Positions 27,196 through 36,052 of a stretch of 64,000 nucleotides of DNA are shown piece by piece. Each line of letters opens with the position of its first letter. The stretch's first letter is position 1. The notes beneath the pieces were generated by a model that was not told the DNA's origin, made no database searches, and was given only the letters and a program-made list of their open reading frames with translations. The DNA comes from an uncultured Candidatus Saccharibacteria bacterium (GTDB lineage: Bacteria > Patescibacteriota > Minisyncoccia > Phycocordibacterales > UBA12088): positions 29,851 to 93,850 of the forward strand of contig CAZHFF010000002.1 in the NCBI GenBank assembly GCA_964531785.1. The letters are read 5' to 3'. Position numbers and translations under genes: made by a program.

Positions 27196-28200
27196 TTGAA
27201 AAACGTACTCGTTATTGCGGGGGTGAACGAACGGTACTACTACGAGGCTTTTGTGACACCTTGCCGTTCTAAGGGCATTAGGTTGTGCATTCTTGATCCC
27301 CTCCAACTCCACAGAGACGCAATGATCTGTATCGCCATGGAGGAAAACGGACTTGTGGCGGGGTACGTTGATACCCTAGAGTTAGTAGATGATGTATTTA
27401 AACCGTATCGGCTCTCACTCACCGAGATCAGTGCTGCATGGTATTTGCGTGAAGATTCTTCTCGCAGAAGTGGCACTTCAACACTTGCCGTTCGGTTTAC
27501 AAGCAACGAAGTCCGGGGAACCATTTACTCGCTGATGTCTGTGTTAGGGTGCCCTTGGGTAAATGCACTTGTCGCCATAGACAAGGTCACGAGCAACAAA
27601 CTCTATCAACAGCAAATTGCTGCACATGTTGGCTTGTCAATCCCTAGAACAGTCCTAACAAATGATCCACTGCCTGTGGTGAGTCTAGCAAAACAGCAAG
27701 AAGAGCTGCTTCTCAAAACGATCGGCTATATACAGCTCGACGAGATGCGAAACCTCTGTATTTACTCTGAGAGGTATTCCCACAACGAGCTGGCCGAAGC
27801 AGGACAGAGTATTCGCTGTTGTCCGGTCTTTGCACAACAGTACATAACGAAACGGTATGAGCATCGAGTGATGGTCATGGGGCCCAATGTGCTTGCTTGC
27901 CGCATTGATTCTCAGGCAAGTGATAAAACCAAGACCGATTGGCGTCACTACGATTTTGAGCATGTCGCCCACACTGCCGCCACACTACCGCAAGATATTC
28001 AGGACAAGCTCCGGGCTTTTATGGCACACATCGACCTTGTGTACGGTGCCGTAGATCTCATTGAAAGACCGGACGGCGAGTACGTTTTTCTTGAGGTCAA
28101 TCCTTCTGGTCAGTGGGGTTGGATTGCCGACCTTGCCGGGCTCCCGATTGCTGAGGGAGTCGCCGACATGTTAGAGAAAGTCTGTGCGGACGAGCACTAA
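27196..28200 (+). CDS. ATP-grasp ligase of the graspetide (microviridin MdnC/MvdD-like) RiPP maturase type
   Basis: 334 aa, TTG start after AGAGGAG. The block order matches my recollection of MdnC: VLVIAG..., SAAWYLRE (SAVWYRR), NKLYQQQIAAHVGLSIPRTVLTNDP, CPVFAQQYI, TDWRHYD (DWR motif) and YGAVDLIERPDGEYVFLEVNPSGQWGW. Confidence 0.6.
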   Translation: MKNVLVIAGVNERYYYEAFVTPCRSKGIRLCILDPLQLHRDAMICIAMEENGLVAGYVDTLELVDDVFKPYRLSLTEISAAWYLREDSSRRSGTSTLAVRFTSNEVRGTIYSLMSVLGCPWVNALVAIDKVTSNKLYQQQIAAHVGLSIPRTVLTNDPLPVVSLAKQQEELLLKTIGYIQLDEMRNLCIYSERYSHNELAEAGQSIRCCPVFAQQYITKRYEHRVMVMGPNVLACRIDSQASDKTKTDWRHYDFEHVAHTAATLPQDIQDKLRAFMAHIDLVYGAVDLIERPDGEYVFLEVNPSGQWGWIADLAGLPIAEGVADMLEKVCADEH

Positions 28201-28241
28201 GTCATACCCCGATGGCGTACGTCATCGAAGTATTTGCAGGG

Positions 28242-28403
28242 TTAGTCCCTGTCGTATCGTGTAACATCTTCTTTCTGGTCGCCCATCTCAGGTCGATGCC
28301 TGCCAGTGGTGACGATGGTCATATGGGCACTGGCGTGCAACTCTGAAACTTCGGGCACCTCAGTCATCCTGCGCAACAGCAACGGTGTCGGCGATGTTTC
28401 CAT
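28242..28403 (-). CDS. Candidate graspetide precursor peptide (53 aa; below the track's apparent size cutoff)
   Basis: Hand translation gives METSPTPLLLRRMTEVPEVSELHASAHMTIVTTGRHRPEMGDQKEDVTRYDRD*. GAAAGG lies 10 nt upstream of the ATG. The C-terminal half is rich in Thr, Asp, Glu and Lys. Convergent with the ATP-grasp gene, same strand as comM and 175 nt downstream of it. Confidence 0.4.
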   Translation of the reverse strand: METSPTPLLLRRMTEVPEVSELHASAHMTIVTTGRHRPEMGDQKEDVTRYDRD

Positions 28404-28576
28404 CTGCGTACTACCTTTCAGTTTTTACCATCCGCATGGTACCAACTCCCGACCCAACCGTCAAACTAGGTGAGTATGGTTTATAAAGTAACAGAGGACA
28501 TTATCATGCTGAGGGTGCCGCTTCTTTTGCTGTGTTTTTTGCATCATTTAGCTGCGTTGTTCCGCATCGTATCCTC

Positions 28577-28895
28577 CCCTACTCAAACAGCCCCTTGGGC
28601 CGATACGTGAGCGCCTCGAGGACGTGCGGCTCCTCTACGCCCTCACTGCCGCAGAGGTCAGCAATCGTCCGTGCGAGCTTCACGGTACGGTGGTAGCTCC
28701 TCGGTGAGAGCTTGAGATTGGTGGCAGCGCGGGTGAGCGTGGCCTCGGCTTTCGCGCTCAGTGCCGCTATTGTGTCGAGGTCGCGCACGGTCATGTCCGA
28801 GTTCGTTTTAGTAGGTGCTCCGTAGCGCGCGTGCTGCACACTTCGAGCGCGCTCGATGCGCGTGCGCACCGCCCTGCTCTCCCGTGGCGCTTCTC
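28577..28895. repeat. Direct repeat copy 2 (319 bp); forms the functional 3' end of comM
   Basis: See copy 1. Confidence 0.9.
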
Positions 28896-30099
28896 CGCTC
28901 CGCACATGGAGCTTCTCGTGCGCGATATGAGACACCTCTATCCACATATCGATACGATCGATGACCGGGCCCGAGAGCTTCTTCTTGAGCCGCTCCCGAT
29001 CAAGCTCGCTCACCCTTCCTTCCTCACGCTCGCGATTCGGGTTCATGGCGGCGACAAGTATGAAGTTCGCCGGGAACGACACCGAACCCTTTGCACGTGC
29101 GACCGAGACCACCTTATCCTCGAGCGGCTCACGGAGCGCATCTATCGTTCGCCGATCGAATTCGGGAAACTCATCGAGGAAAAGGACGCCCCGGTGCGCA
29201 AGGGTGACCTCGCCCGGTCGGGGTATGGTACCGCCCCCGACCAGGGACACATGGGACGCGCTGTGGTGGGGTGAGCGAAATGGCGGCTCGGTAATGATCG
29301 TGTCCGACAGCATGCCTGCGACCGAGTGTATCGTCGTTGCCTCGAGCGCCTCGTCGAACGATAGTTGGGGCAGGATGCCGCGGAGCGCCCGAGCAAGGAG
29401 CGTTTTGCCCGTTCCGGGTGGCCCGTAGAGGACAATGTTGTGCCGACCGGCAGCGGCGATCTCAAGACCACGCTTTGCGGTTTCTTGACCCCGGATGTCA
29501 CCGAGGTCGAGATCCGGATCAGGTACTTCAGCAAAGGGTGTACGCGCTTGTATCGGCAGAGCTCGTCGCGCCCGCGTCCCGCTCTCATCAAAGTGCAGCA
29601 CCACGTCGGTGAGCGTGCGTGCCGGCAGCACCTGGATACCGTCGATGAGCGCTGCCTCCCGGGCGTTCTCGTACGGCACAACGATCGTGCGGTACCCGTG
29701 CAGGAGCGCAAAGTGTGCGATCGCAAGTACGCCGCGCACCGGCCTGAGTTCACCTGAAAGCGACAGCTCACCAAGAAAGAGGGTGGTGTCCGGAGCAAAG
29801 GATATCTCCCCGCTTGCGAGCAGGTACGCAAGCGCTATCGGCAGATCGAAACTTGGCCCTTCTTTTTTCAGGTTGGCCGGACCGAGCGATACCAGTGCCC
29901 GCTTATTGCTGTGCTTGGGTGATGCGAACCCGCTGTTCTTGATCGCAATACTGACCCGTTCCCTGCTCTCGTCCACTGCCTTGTCTGCAAGGCCGACGAT
30001 CTGGAACGAGTGGAGACCCTTCGATAGGTCGGCCTCAACGGCGACAGCGACAGCGTTGAGGTACACCGGTTGCGCGCTGTGAACGCGAGCGAAGGACAT
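28579..30099 (-). CDS. comM: YifB/ComM family Mg-chelatase-like AAA+ ATPase
   Basis: 506 aa. N-terminal Lon-protease-like domain (FQIVGLADKAVDESRERV), Walker A GPPGTGKT and Walker B VLFLDEFPEF. Confidence 0.9.
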   Translation of the reverse strand: MSFARVHSAQPVYLNAVAVAVEADLSKGLHSFQIVGLADKAVDESRERVSIAIKNSGFASPKHSNKRALVSLGPANLKKEGPSFDLPIALAYLLASGEISFAPDTTLFLGELSLSGELRPVRGVLAIAHFALLHGYRTIVVPYENAREAALIDGIQVLPARTLTDVVLHFDESGTRARRALPIQARTPFAEVPDPDLDLGDIRGQETAKRGLEIAAAGRHNIVLYGPPGTGKTLLARALRGILPQLSFDEALEATTIHSVAGMLSDTIITEPPFRSPHHSASHVSLVGGGTIPRPGEVTLAHRGVLFLDEFPEFDRRTIDALREPLEDKVVSVARAKGSVSFPANFILVAAMNPNREREEGRVSELDRERLKKKLSGPVIDRIDMWIEVSHIAHEKLHVRSGEAPRESRAVRTRIERARSVQHARYGAPTKTNSDMTVRDLDTIAALSAKAEATLTRAATNLKLSPRSYHRTVKLARTIADLCGSEGVEEPHVLEALTYRPKGLFE

Positions 30100-30116
30100 G
30101 TCGTGATGTGTGTGTG

Positions 30117-30491
30117 CTAGAGCGGTAGCTCAGACTCACTGCTCATGTGCGCCTTGCAGGTGCGCGCAGCAGGGTTCGCATGGAGTCGCTCGGTCTCGAT
30201 AGGAGCGGAACATACTTCGCACGTGCCGTATGTGCCTGCTTCGATGCGCGAGAGAGCGCGCTCGATCTGGCGGTATCGTATCGCAAGTTCGTCGAGCACG
30301 ATCTGATCGATATGGAGTTCCTCGATCCGGTCTGCCGCCTCGTTCTCGTCGGCCTCCATGATGTCGAGGTCAGTCGCCTTCGCCTCCCAAACGCCAGCCT
30401 CGCCCTGCTGCTGGCCAAGTTGCTCAAGCTCCTGCTTAAGTCGGTCACGGTCTTCGGTCAAGCGTTTCTCAAAGTATGCGGTGTCGGTCAT
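30117..30491 (-). CDS. DksA/TraR family C4-type zinc-finger protein
   Basis: 124 aa. Coiled-coil N-terminus, then GTCEVCSAPIETERLHANPAARTCKAH. Confidence 0.75.
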   Translation of the reverse strand: MTDTAYFEKRLTEDRDRLKQELEQLGQQQGEAGVWEAKATDLDIMEADENEAADRIEELHIDQIVLDELAIRYRQIERALSRIEAGTYGTCEVCSAPIETERLHANPAARTCKAHMSSESELPL

Positions 30492-30532
30492 ATGCTCTTA
30501 GTCTATGGGTAACTGCGGGAGTGCGCAAGTGC

Positions 30533-32605
30533 CTAGAACGTACGAGCGGTCATGCGGTCGCGCAGCTCTTTGAACGTGTATTCGTTCGTGGTGATGATGA
30601 GCGTCTGTGGATCGGGCAGTGCCCAGATGAGCGCCGCGTCCCCGGTACTGGTGCGAAGCACGCGCGCCTCGATGTTCGTGTAGATCGCATCCTGAAAACC
30701 CGCGACACGAGCTCCTACCGAGGGAATGAAGACCTCGCTCGTCGTTGCTGTCGTCGACGCAGTGCTCGTGCTCATGCCGGTGCTCGTCGCGCTAGTGCTC
30801 GTCGCGTTCGTGCTTGTGGCAACGATCGGAGAGACGCGCAGATCGTCCGGCAAGATCGGTTGTTGCTTCGTTATGATCGGGCCGAAGAGCGGATACAGAT
30901 CGAGGTTGATCGATCGCTCCCACTCAAGCATGGCGGCGTAGGTGAGCTGGTAGTCCATCGTTTTAAAGATGAGGAACGGTTGGTTGCCACGAAACTCATG
31001 TATACCAATGAGCATCTCCGGCCGAAGATTACGAACGAGCGCATCGGGTGCCCGCGCATTGATGCGCTCCAGAAAGAGCGGTGCCGAGAGGAGTGCGGTC
31101 TTGTTCACACCACCTTGGTTCACCTGTTCGATAAGGTGTACCCCCGTGATCGCTCCGAGCCGAACGTTCGCGTTGTTCTTGTGGAACTCGAGGTGGTCCA
31201 TGATCTCGCCGCGACCTTTACCGGTCACGTCGATCTGCTCCTGCTTTTCGAGGAAAATGAACGCGGGCAAACTTGCTTGCGGTACCACCACCTTTGTTTT
31301 TGAAAGGAACAGGTATGCGCCGACGCCGAACAGACCACCGAGCAAGAGCACGATGCTCATGCCGAGCAAGAGGTAGCTGCCAGGCGTAAGCATGCTCTGC
31401 TTGTGTCCAACAAGGTCCGGCACGGTCGTGGCAGCAACCCGGTTCTGCTCTGCAGCGATCGCGCTCACGACCGAGGTCTTGTTGTGCATTACCGTGTGCT
31501 CGACATCACCTCGGAAGGTGCGCATGGTCGGCAACGCATTCGGATTGCCTCCTGATGGAGGTGTGCTCGGTGCTTCCTGTTGGAGCGCGTGCAGCTCTTT
31601 TGCGACATCAGCGATCGCTGCTGCATGTGTGGTTGTCGGCGTGGAACCCTCCGGACGAGTACCCATTTCCGCGAGCATGTTTGAAGCGATCTCTTCATGT
31701 CGATCGGTCAACGCTTCGACCTGATGGAGGTCCTGGAGTGTTTGGATGTTCGCACCGGCAAGCTTTGCCTTTCGTGCCTGTGCGAGACTTTGCACGTCCG
31801 GGCTCGCAAGTGCGGCTCGTGTCTTTTCGTGAAACTCGGTCGAGCTCTCGCCGTGCAGCACGCGATCGCGGAGCGCAGAAAGGTTCGAACTGTTCGGTGC
31901 AGCGTTCGGCACGGCCGCTGGCGCAGATTCGGGTGAAACCGGTTCGGGTGCTCGTAGACCGGGGTCTTCAGTGATCGGTACCCAGCCAGCGGTCAGCACC
32001 TCGGGTCGTGCTCCGGCGCCGCCCGGGCCGCTCGTCTCTGCTTGTAAGGGCGCACCACCAGGCACAGCTGAAACGACCTCAGTAGGAGGCATCATGCGTT
32101 GCAAGGTGTTCGGTGACGTAGGCGACGTTTCACCTTGTGGTAGAGAAGTATTCATTCGCGGAAGGTTCGCGTCAGTGAGCGATTGCATTCGGGCGCGTAG
32201 GCCGGCAGGCGTTACTTCATGCATTGAAACAGCTTCGTTCGAGTGTGCGTTCTGACCTGGCGCGAACGGAGCGTGCTCGGTTTGCGGTACGCGAAACGCA
32301 TCAGGTTCCGTTGCAGCATGAAGCACAGCAGTAACGCTCGTAGGTGCTACGGACGGGGCGGTGGTCGGTGCTTGGGACGAGGTAGGACGAACGTCGTCCC
32401 TGTTATTCGTAGGCACGGAAGCCTGGGGCGCTCCGACCGGGGAACCGAGTGAAACAGGCACATCGTCAGCCGTTCTTGCGGGTTTCACAGGCGCCGGCGT
32501 GTCAGCAGGCGGTGTTCCGGGAGCGGCACGCGCGACGTCCTCAGGTTTAAGATTTGCGATCCGCATGACCTGCACACGGTAGGGCGAGTTTTGGTCCATG
32601 GTCAT
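30533..32605 (-). CDS. Membrane protein with ~400-aa disordered Pro/Ala/Thr/Ser-rich N-terminus, one TM helix and a C-terminal globular domain
   Basis: 690 aa. TM helix at SYLLLGMSIVLLLGGLFGVGAYLFL and an STSATSTG low-complexity insert near the C-terminus. Confidence 0.6.
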   Translation of the reverse strand: MTMDQNSPYRVQVMRIANLKPEDVARAAPGTPPADTPAPVKPARTADDVPVSLGSPVGAPQASVPTNNRDDVRPTSSQAPTTAPSVAPTSVTAVLHAATEPDAFRVPQTEHAPFAPGQNAHSNEAVSMHEVTPAGLRARMQSLTDANLPRMNTSLPQGETSPTSPNTLQRMMPPTEVVSAVPGGAPLQAETSGPGGAGARPEVLTAGWVPITEDPGLRAPEPVSPESAPAAVPNAAPNSSNLSALRDRVLHGESSTEFHEKTRAALASPDVQSLAQARKAKLAGANIQTLQDLHQVEALTDRHEEIASNMLAEMGTRPEGSTPTTTHAAAIADVAKELHALQQEAPSTPPSGGNPNALPTMRTFRGDVEHTVMHNKTSVVSAIAAEQNRVAATTVPDLVGHKQSMLTPGSYLLLGMSIVLLLGGLFGVGAYLFLSKTKVVVPQASLPAFIFLEKQEQIDVTGKGRGEIMDHLEFHKNNANVRLGAITGVHLIEQVNQGGVNKTALLSAPLFLERINARAPDALVRNLRPEMLIGIHEFRGNQPFLIFKTMDYQLTYAAMLEWERSINLDLYPLFGPIITKQQPILPDDLRVSPIVATSTNATSTSATSTGMSTSTASTTATTSEVFIPSVGARVAGFQDAIYTNIEARVLRTSTGDAALIWALPDPQTLIITTNEYTFKELRDRMTARTF

Positions 32606-32705
32606 ATTGTACTACGCCTCGCTGCTGTTGCTCGCATAGAGGATGTGGATGCACAGAACACCCGAGCCACCATACGTGGCCCGGGTTTCGTACGTCGCGT
32701 GTCGT

Positions 32706-34859
32706 TTAGTGTGCGCTCGGCATCCCGTTGCTCGTGCCGTTCGCGTTCAGACCTTTGCGCGTCGCGAACTCCGGGTCGACGCGCTTGATCGAAAGGTTCA
32801 CACGACCTTTTTCATCGATCTCCTTCACCACTACTTTGACGATCTCACCTTCCTTAAGTGCGTCGCGTGGTGAGTTGATCCGGAACGGCGCGATCTCCGA
32901 GACATGCACCAACCCTTCCGTGTTCGCGCCGATGCGCACGAACGCACCGAAGTCGAGTATGCGCGAAACAGGTCCTTCAAATATCTCACCCGCAACGTAC
33001 TCGTGTACGAGCTCCTCGATCATGGCAAGTGCTTTCTCGGCCGTTCCATGTCGTCCCGTTATGAAGATCTGCCCGTCGTCCTCGATGGTGATGTCCTCCA
33101 CCCCACTCTCATCTCTGATACCGTTGATCGTCTTGCCACCCGAGCCGATCACCAGACCGATCTGATCGACCTTCACGCGCGTGGTGAGTATTTTTGGTGC
33201 GAGCGGTGAAATGTCATTACGAGGTTCGCGTATCTCCTGCTCGATCACATCGAGGATGTGCTCGCGCGCCTTGCGGGCGCCGGCCAGTGCTTCGACGAGT
33301 ATGGGAACAGCGACGCCTGAAAGTTTAATGTCCATCTGCACCGCGGTCACTCCCCGCCTTGTGCCGGCGACCTTGAAGTCCATGTGACCGTGATGGTCTT
33401 CTGGCCCCTGGATGTCGGTGAGTACCTTGTGACCTTTGTCGGTCTGCATGAGGCCCATGGCAATTCCTGCGACCGGCGCTTGAATGGGTACGCCGCCGTC
33501 CATGAGCGCGAGGGTAGCAGCGCACGTTGAGGCCATCGAGGTCGAACCGTTCGATGCCATGCTCTCGGAGACAAGACGGATGGTGTACGGAAAGACCTCC
33601 TTGCTCGGCAACACCGGAGCGATCGCTTTCTCAGCAAGGGCACCGTGTCCGATCGCGCGTCGGTTCATACCGCCCAATCTTCCGGTCTCACCCACTGAGA
33701 AGGGTGGGAAGTTATAGTGGTGCATGAAGCGCTTCTGCATATCGCTCGACTCGATGGAATCGATGATCTGCGAGTCGCCGGGTCCGCCGAGCGTGAGTGC
33801 GGTGAAGACGTGCGTACCGCCGCGGTAAAAAATGCCACTCCCATGAAGCATGGAGGAAACACCACCAGCTTGAGCGTAGAGCGGACGCACTTCGTCAAGC
33901 GCACGTCCATCAGCACGCTTCCCTTCCTCCACCGCACCTTTTTGCATGACCTCATCGAGTTTGTTCTCGAAGATCTTTTCCGCACGTTTTTTGTTTGCGT
34001 CCGGATATGTTTCTGCAACGAGTGCGAGCCACTCATCTTGTAGCGCTTTGATACTTGTATATCCGGGTGCGCTTGTGAACACAGCAGTCGGCAGACGTGC
34101 GTCGATCTTGTCAGCAAACAGCGTGTTGAGCTCAGGCGTCGGTTCAGGTTGAGCGATCGTGCGCTTGGCCTTCCCTATCTCTTTGATGATGTCGAGCTGC
34201 CATCGTTCGAGCTCTGAGTGAACCTCGACCGCTTTCTCGAACGCCAGCGCGAGCTCTGTTTCTTCTGCTTGTACTGCACCCACCTCGATCATGTTGAGCG
34301 TACCGTTTTGTCCGCAAGCAAGCAGGTCGTAGAGGTACTCGTTGTGCTCACGGTCGACGTAGGTCGGGTTGATGATCATACTCCCAGACGAGGTCTTACC
34401 GATCCGTACTGCGGAGACCGGTCCACCCCAAGGTATGTCCGACGTGCCAAGCGCAAGACTTGCCGCGATCACGCCGAGCACATCCGGGTCATCCTCGGCG
34501 ATCGATAGGACGGTGATCACCACCTGCACTTCATTACGCATCGCGTGGTCGAAGAGCGGTCGGATGGTACGATCGACGACCCGACCGGAGAGCACTGCTT
34601 CGTCGCTCGGCCGTCCTTCACGTCGCATGAACCTGCTGCCGAGGATCTGACCTGCAGCGTAGAACTTCTCTTCGTAATCGACCATGAGCGGGAAGTAATC
34701 GATATCGTGCCGTTCCCTGCTCGACATGACAGCCGTGGCGAGCACGGTCGTGTTGCCGTAGCGGAGCATGACCGAGCCGTTCGCTTGCTCCGCAAGGTCA
34801 TTGAACTCGGCCGAAAGCTCTTTGCCGCCGACCACACAGGTAAATACTTTCTTTTGCAT
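32706..34859 (-). CDS. pnp: Polyribonucleotide nucleotidyltransferase (PNPase)
   Basis: Two RNase PH domains, a KH domain (IGLVIGSGGKTINGIR) and an S1 domain (GAFVRIGANTEGLVHVSEI). I moved the start to MQKKVFTCVVGGKEL (34859); the track ORF starts at 34913. Confidence 0.95.
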   Translation of the reverse strand: MQKKVFTCVVGGKELSAEFNDLAEQANGSVMLRYGNTTVLATAVMSSRERHDIDYFPLMVDYEEKFYAAGQILGSRFMRREGRPSDEAVLSGRVVDRTIRPLFDHAMRNEVQVVITVLSIAEDDPDVLGVIAASLALGTSDIPWGGPVSAVRIGKTSSGSMIINPTYVDREHNEYLYDLLACGQNGTLNMIEVGAVQAEETELALAFEKAVEVHSELERWQLDIIKEIGKAKRTIAQPEPTPELNTLFADKIDARLPTAVFTSAPGYTSIKALQDEWLALVAETYPDANKKRAEKIFENKLDEVMQKGAVEEGKRADGRALDEVRPLYAQAGGVSSMLHGSGIFYRGGTHVFTALTLGGPGDSQIIDSIESSDMQKRFMHHYNFPPFSVGETGRLGGMNRRAIGHGALAEKAIAPVLPSKEVFPYTIRLVSESMASNGSTSMASTCAATLALMDGGVPIQAPVAGIAMGLMQTDKGHKVLTDIQGPEDHHGHMDFKVAGTRRGVTAVQMDIKLSGVAVPILVEALAGARKAREHILDVIEQEIREPRNDISPLAPKILTTRVKVDQIGLVIGSGGKTINGIRDESGVEDITIEDDGQIFITGRHGTAEKALAMIEELVHEYVAGEIFEGPVSRILDFGAFVRIGANTEGLVHVSEIAPFRINSPRDALKEGEIVKVVVKEIDEKGRVNLSIKRVDPEFATRKGLNANGTSNGMPSAH

Positions 34860-35144
34860 ACGCGTTATGTGCGTAGGCACGGATTGAAGATTTGAAACAC
34901 GCCGAGGAGACATCGTGGCCCATGGAGCGTCCCTTTGCAGGCTTCAACTCTCTATCCGCGCCCGCGCGGTTATCTGGTATGTGGTGGAGTGTAGCAGAAA
35001 AGCACCGCGGCGAGAAGCTGTTGCTGCCGGACCATCCAGCCACTGGTCGAGCACAGCTGACCCGTGGTTCACGAGGTCCGGATCACATCGCTCTACCACA
35101 GATGGTAGTGCTCAATATATATATTGTATCCAAGACCGTTGATC

Positions 35145-35696
35145 TTAGGCGAGCCGTTTTGCGCTACCCCAGGAGGTACTCGCGCGCTTCGAGCTCATCG
35201 TATACTTTTTCGGGTCCTCATCCATATCGATAAACTCATCTGTAACGTCTCGAAGACGGCCTGAGCTTGAACGACCGAAGGAGATCACCTCGACCTGGCA
35301 TCCGCCAGTCGTCTTGAGGTACTCGACGAGCGGCACGAAATCCCCGTCACCGGTCGCTAGTACGATTGCGTCAAGCTTCGGCGACATCTTTATGGCATCG
35401 ATTGCCATACCAACATCCCAGTCAGCCTTTTTTGCTCCACCATAGAAGATCTGTAGGTCTTTGGTCTTCGTCTCGATCCCTATCTTAGCAAGTGCCTCAA
35501 AGAACCCTTGCTCATCACCGCTCTCGGTGGTGACGACGTACGCGATAGCACGCACGAGCGTTCGCCCGGCGACCGCGGTCAGAAGGACCTCCGAAAAATT
35601 GACCTTTGCTTGGTACAGATTCTTTGCACTGTGATACAGGTTCTGTGTATCAATGAACACAGCAACCCGCTGCGCTTTGTGTTTAATGACGGCCAT
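35145..35696 (-). CDS. NYN-domain (LabA/DUF88-like) putative RNase
   Basis: 183 aa. VAVFIDTQNLYHSAK ... LATGDGDFVPLVEYLK. Confidence 0.75.
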   Translation of the reverse strand: MAVIKHKAQRVAVFIDTQNLYHSAKNLYQAKVNFSEVLLTAVAGRTLVRAIAYVVTTESGDEQGFFEALAKIGIETKTKDLQIFYGGAKKADWDVGMAIDAIKMSPKLDAIVLATGDGDFVPLVEYLKTTGGCQVEVISFGRSSSGRLRDVTDEFIDMDEDPKKYTMSSKRASTSWGSAKRLA

Positions 35697-35779
35697 ATGG
35701 TTGGTTTCTAGGTATGTAAAATGCCCTACAACGACGAAGTGCGTTACGTAGAGCTGCCGCGATAGGCTGGAAGGTCCAG

Positions 35780-36046
35780 CTAGCGTTTGAGATCGAGCTT
35801 TTTAATGAGCGCGTTGTATTTGCGCTTATCCTTGAGCTCAAGATACTTCAGGTGCGTACGGCGGTCAGCGACCATGCTTAGCAAACCACGTCGTGAGTGA
35901 ACATCCTTGGGGTGCTTTTTCAAATGCTGCGCGAGCTCACTGATCTGCTTCGTCAGAATACCCACCTGGACTTCAGGCGAGCCCGTGTCGGTTGCGTGCC
36001 GTGCAACGGCCTTCACAACGTTTTCTTTCTTGCGCTTCGTGAGCAT
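35780..36046 (-). CDS. rpsO: 30S ribosomal protein S15
   Basis: 88 aa. TGSPEVQVGILTKQISELAQHLKKHPKDVHSRRGLL. The start was moved to the ATG at 36046 because the -10 box lies inside the longer track ORF. Confidence 0.95.
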   Translation of the reverse strand: MLTKRKKENVVKAVARHATDTGSPEVQVGILTKQISELAQHLKKHPKDVHSRRGLLSMVADRRTHLKYLELKDKRKYNALIKKLDLKR

Positions 36047-36052
36047 GGAAAC

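Larger units (their letters stand above)
26551..28576. mobile_element. About 2.0-kb AT-richer insertion (genomic islet) between the two comM 3'-end repeats; no integrase or transposase
   Basis: Flanked by perfect 319-bp direct repeats. Composition is visibly lower in GC than the flanks (roughly 40% vs >60% in sampled 60-nt lines, counted by eye). Carries two + strand genes and one small - strand ORF. Confidence 0.55.

Noticed and set aside
28212-28346. A 44-codon plus-strand ORF (MAYVIEVFAGLVPVVSCNIFFLVAHLRSMPASGDDGHMGTGVQL*) directly after the ATP-grasp gene, an alternative precursor candidate on the same strand as the ligase.
   Set aside because: It has no SD-like sequence and a hydrophobic, non-core-like composition, with few Thr/Ser plus Asp/Glu pairs. 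It is antisense to the better-supported 53-codon ORF. It is kept only as a fallback hypothesis.
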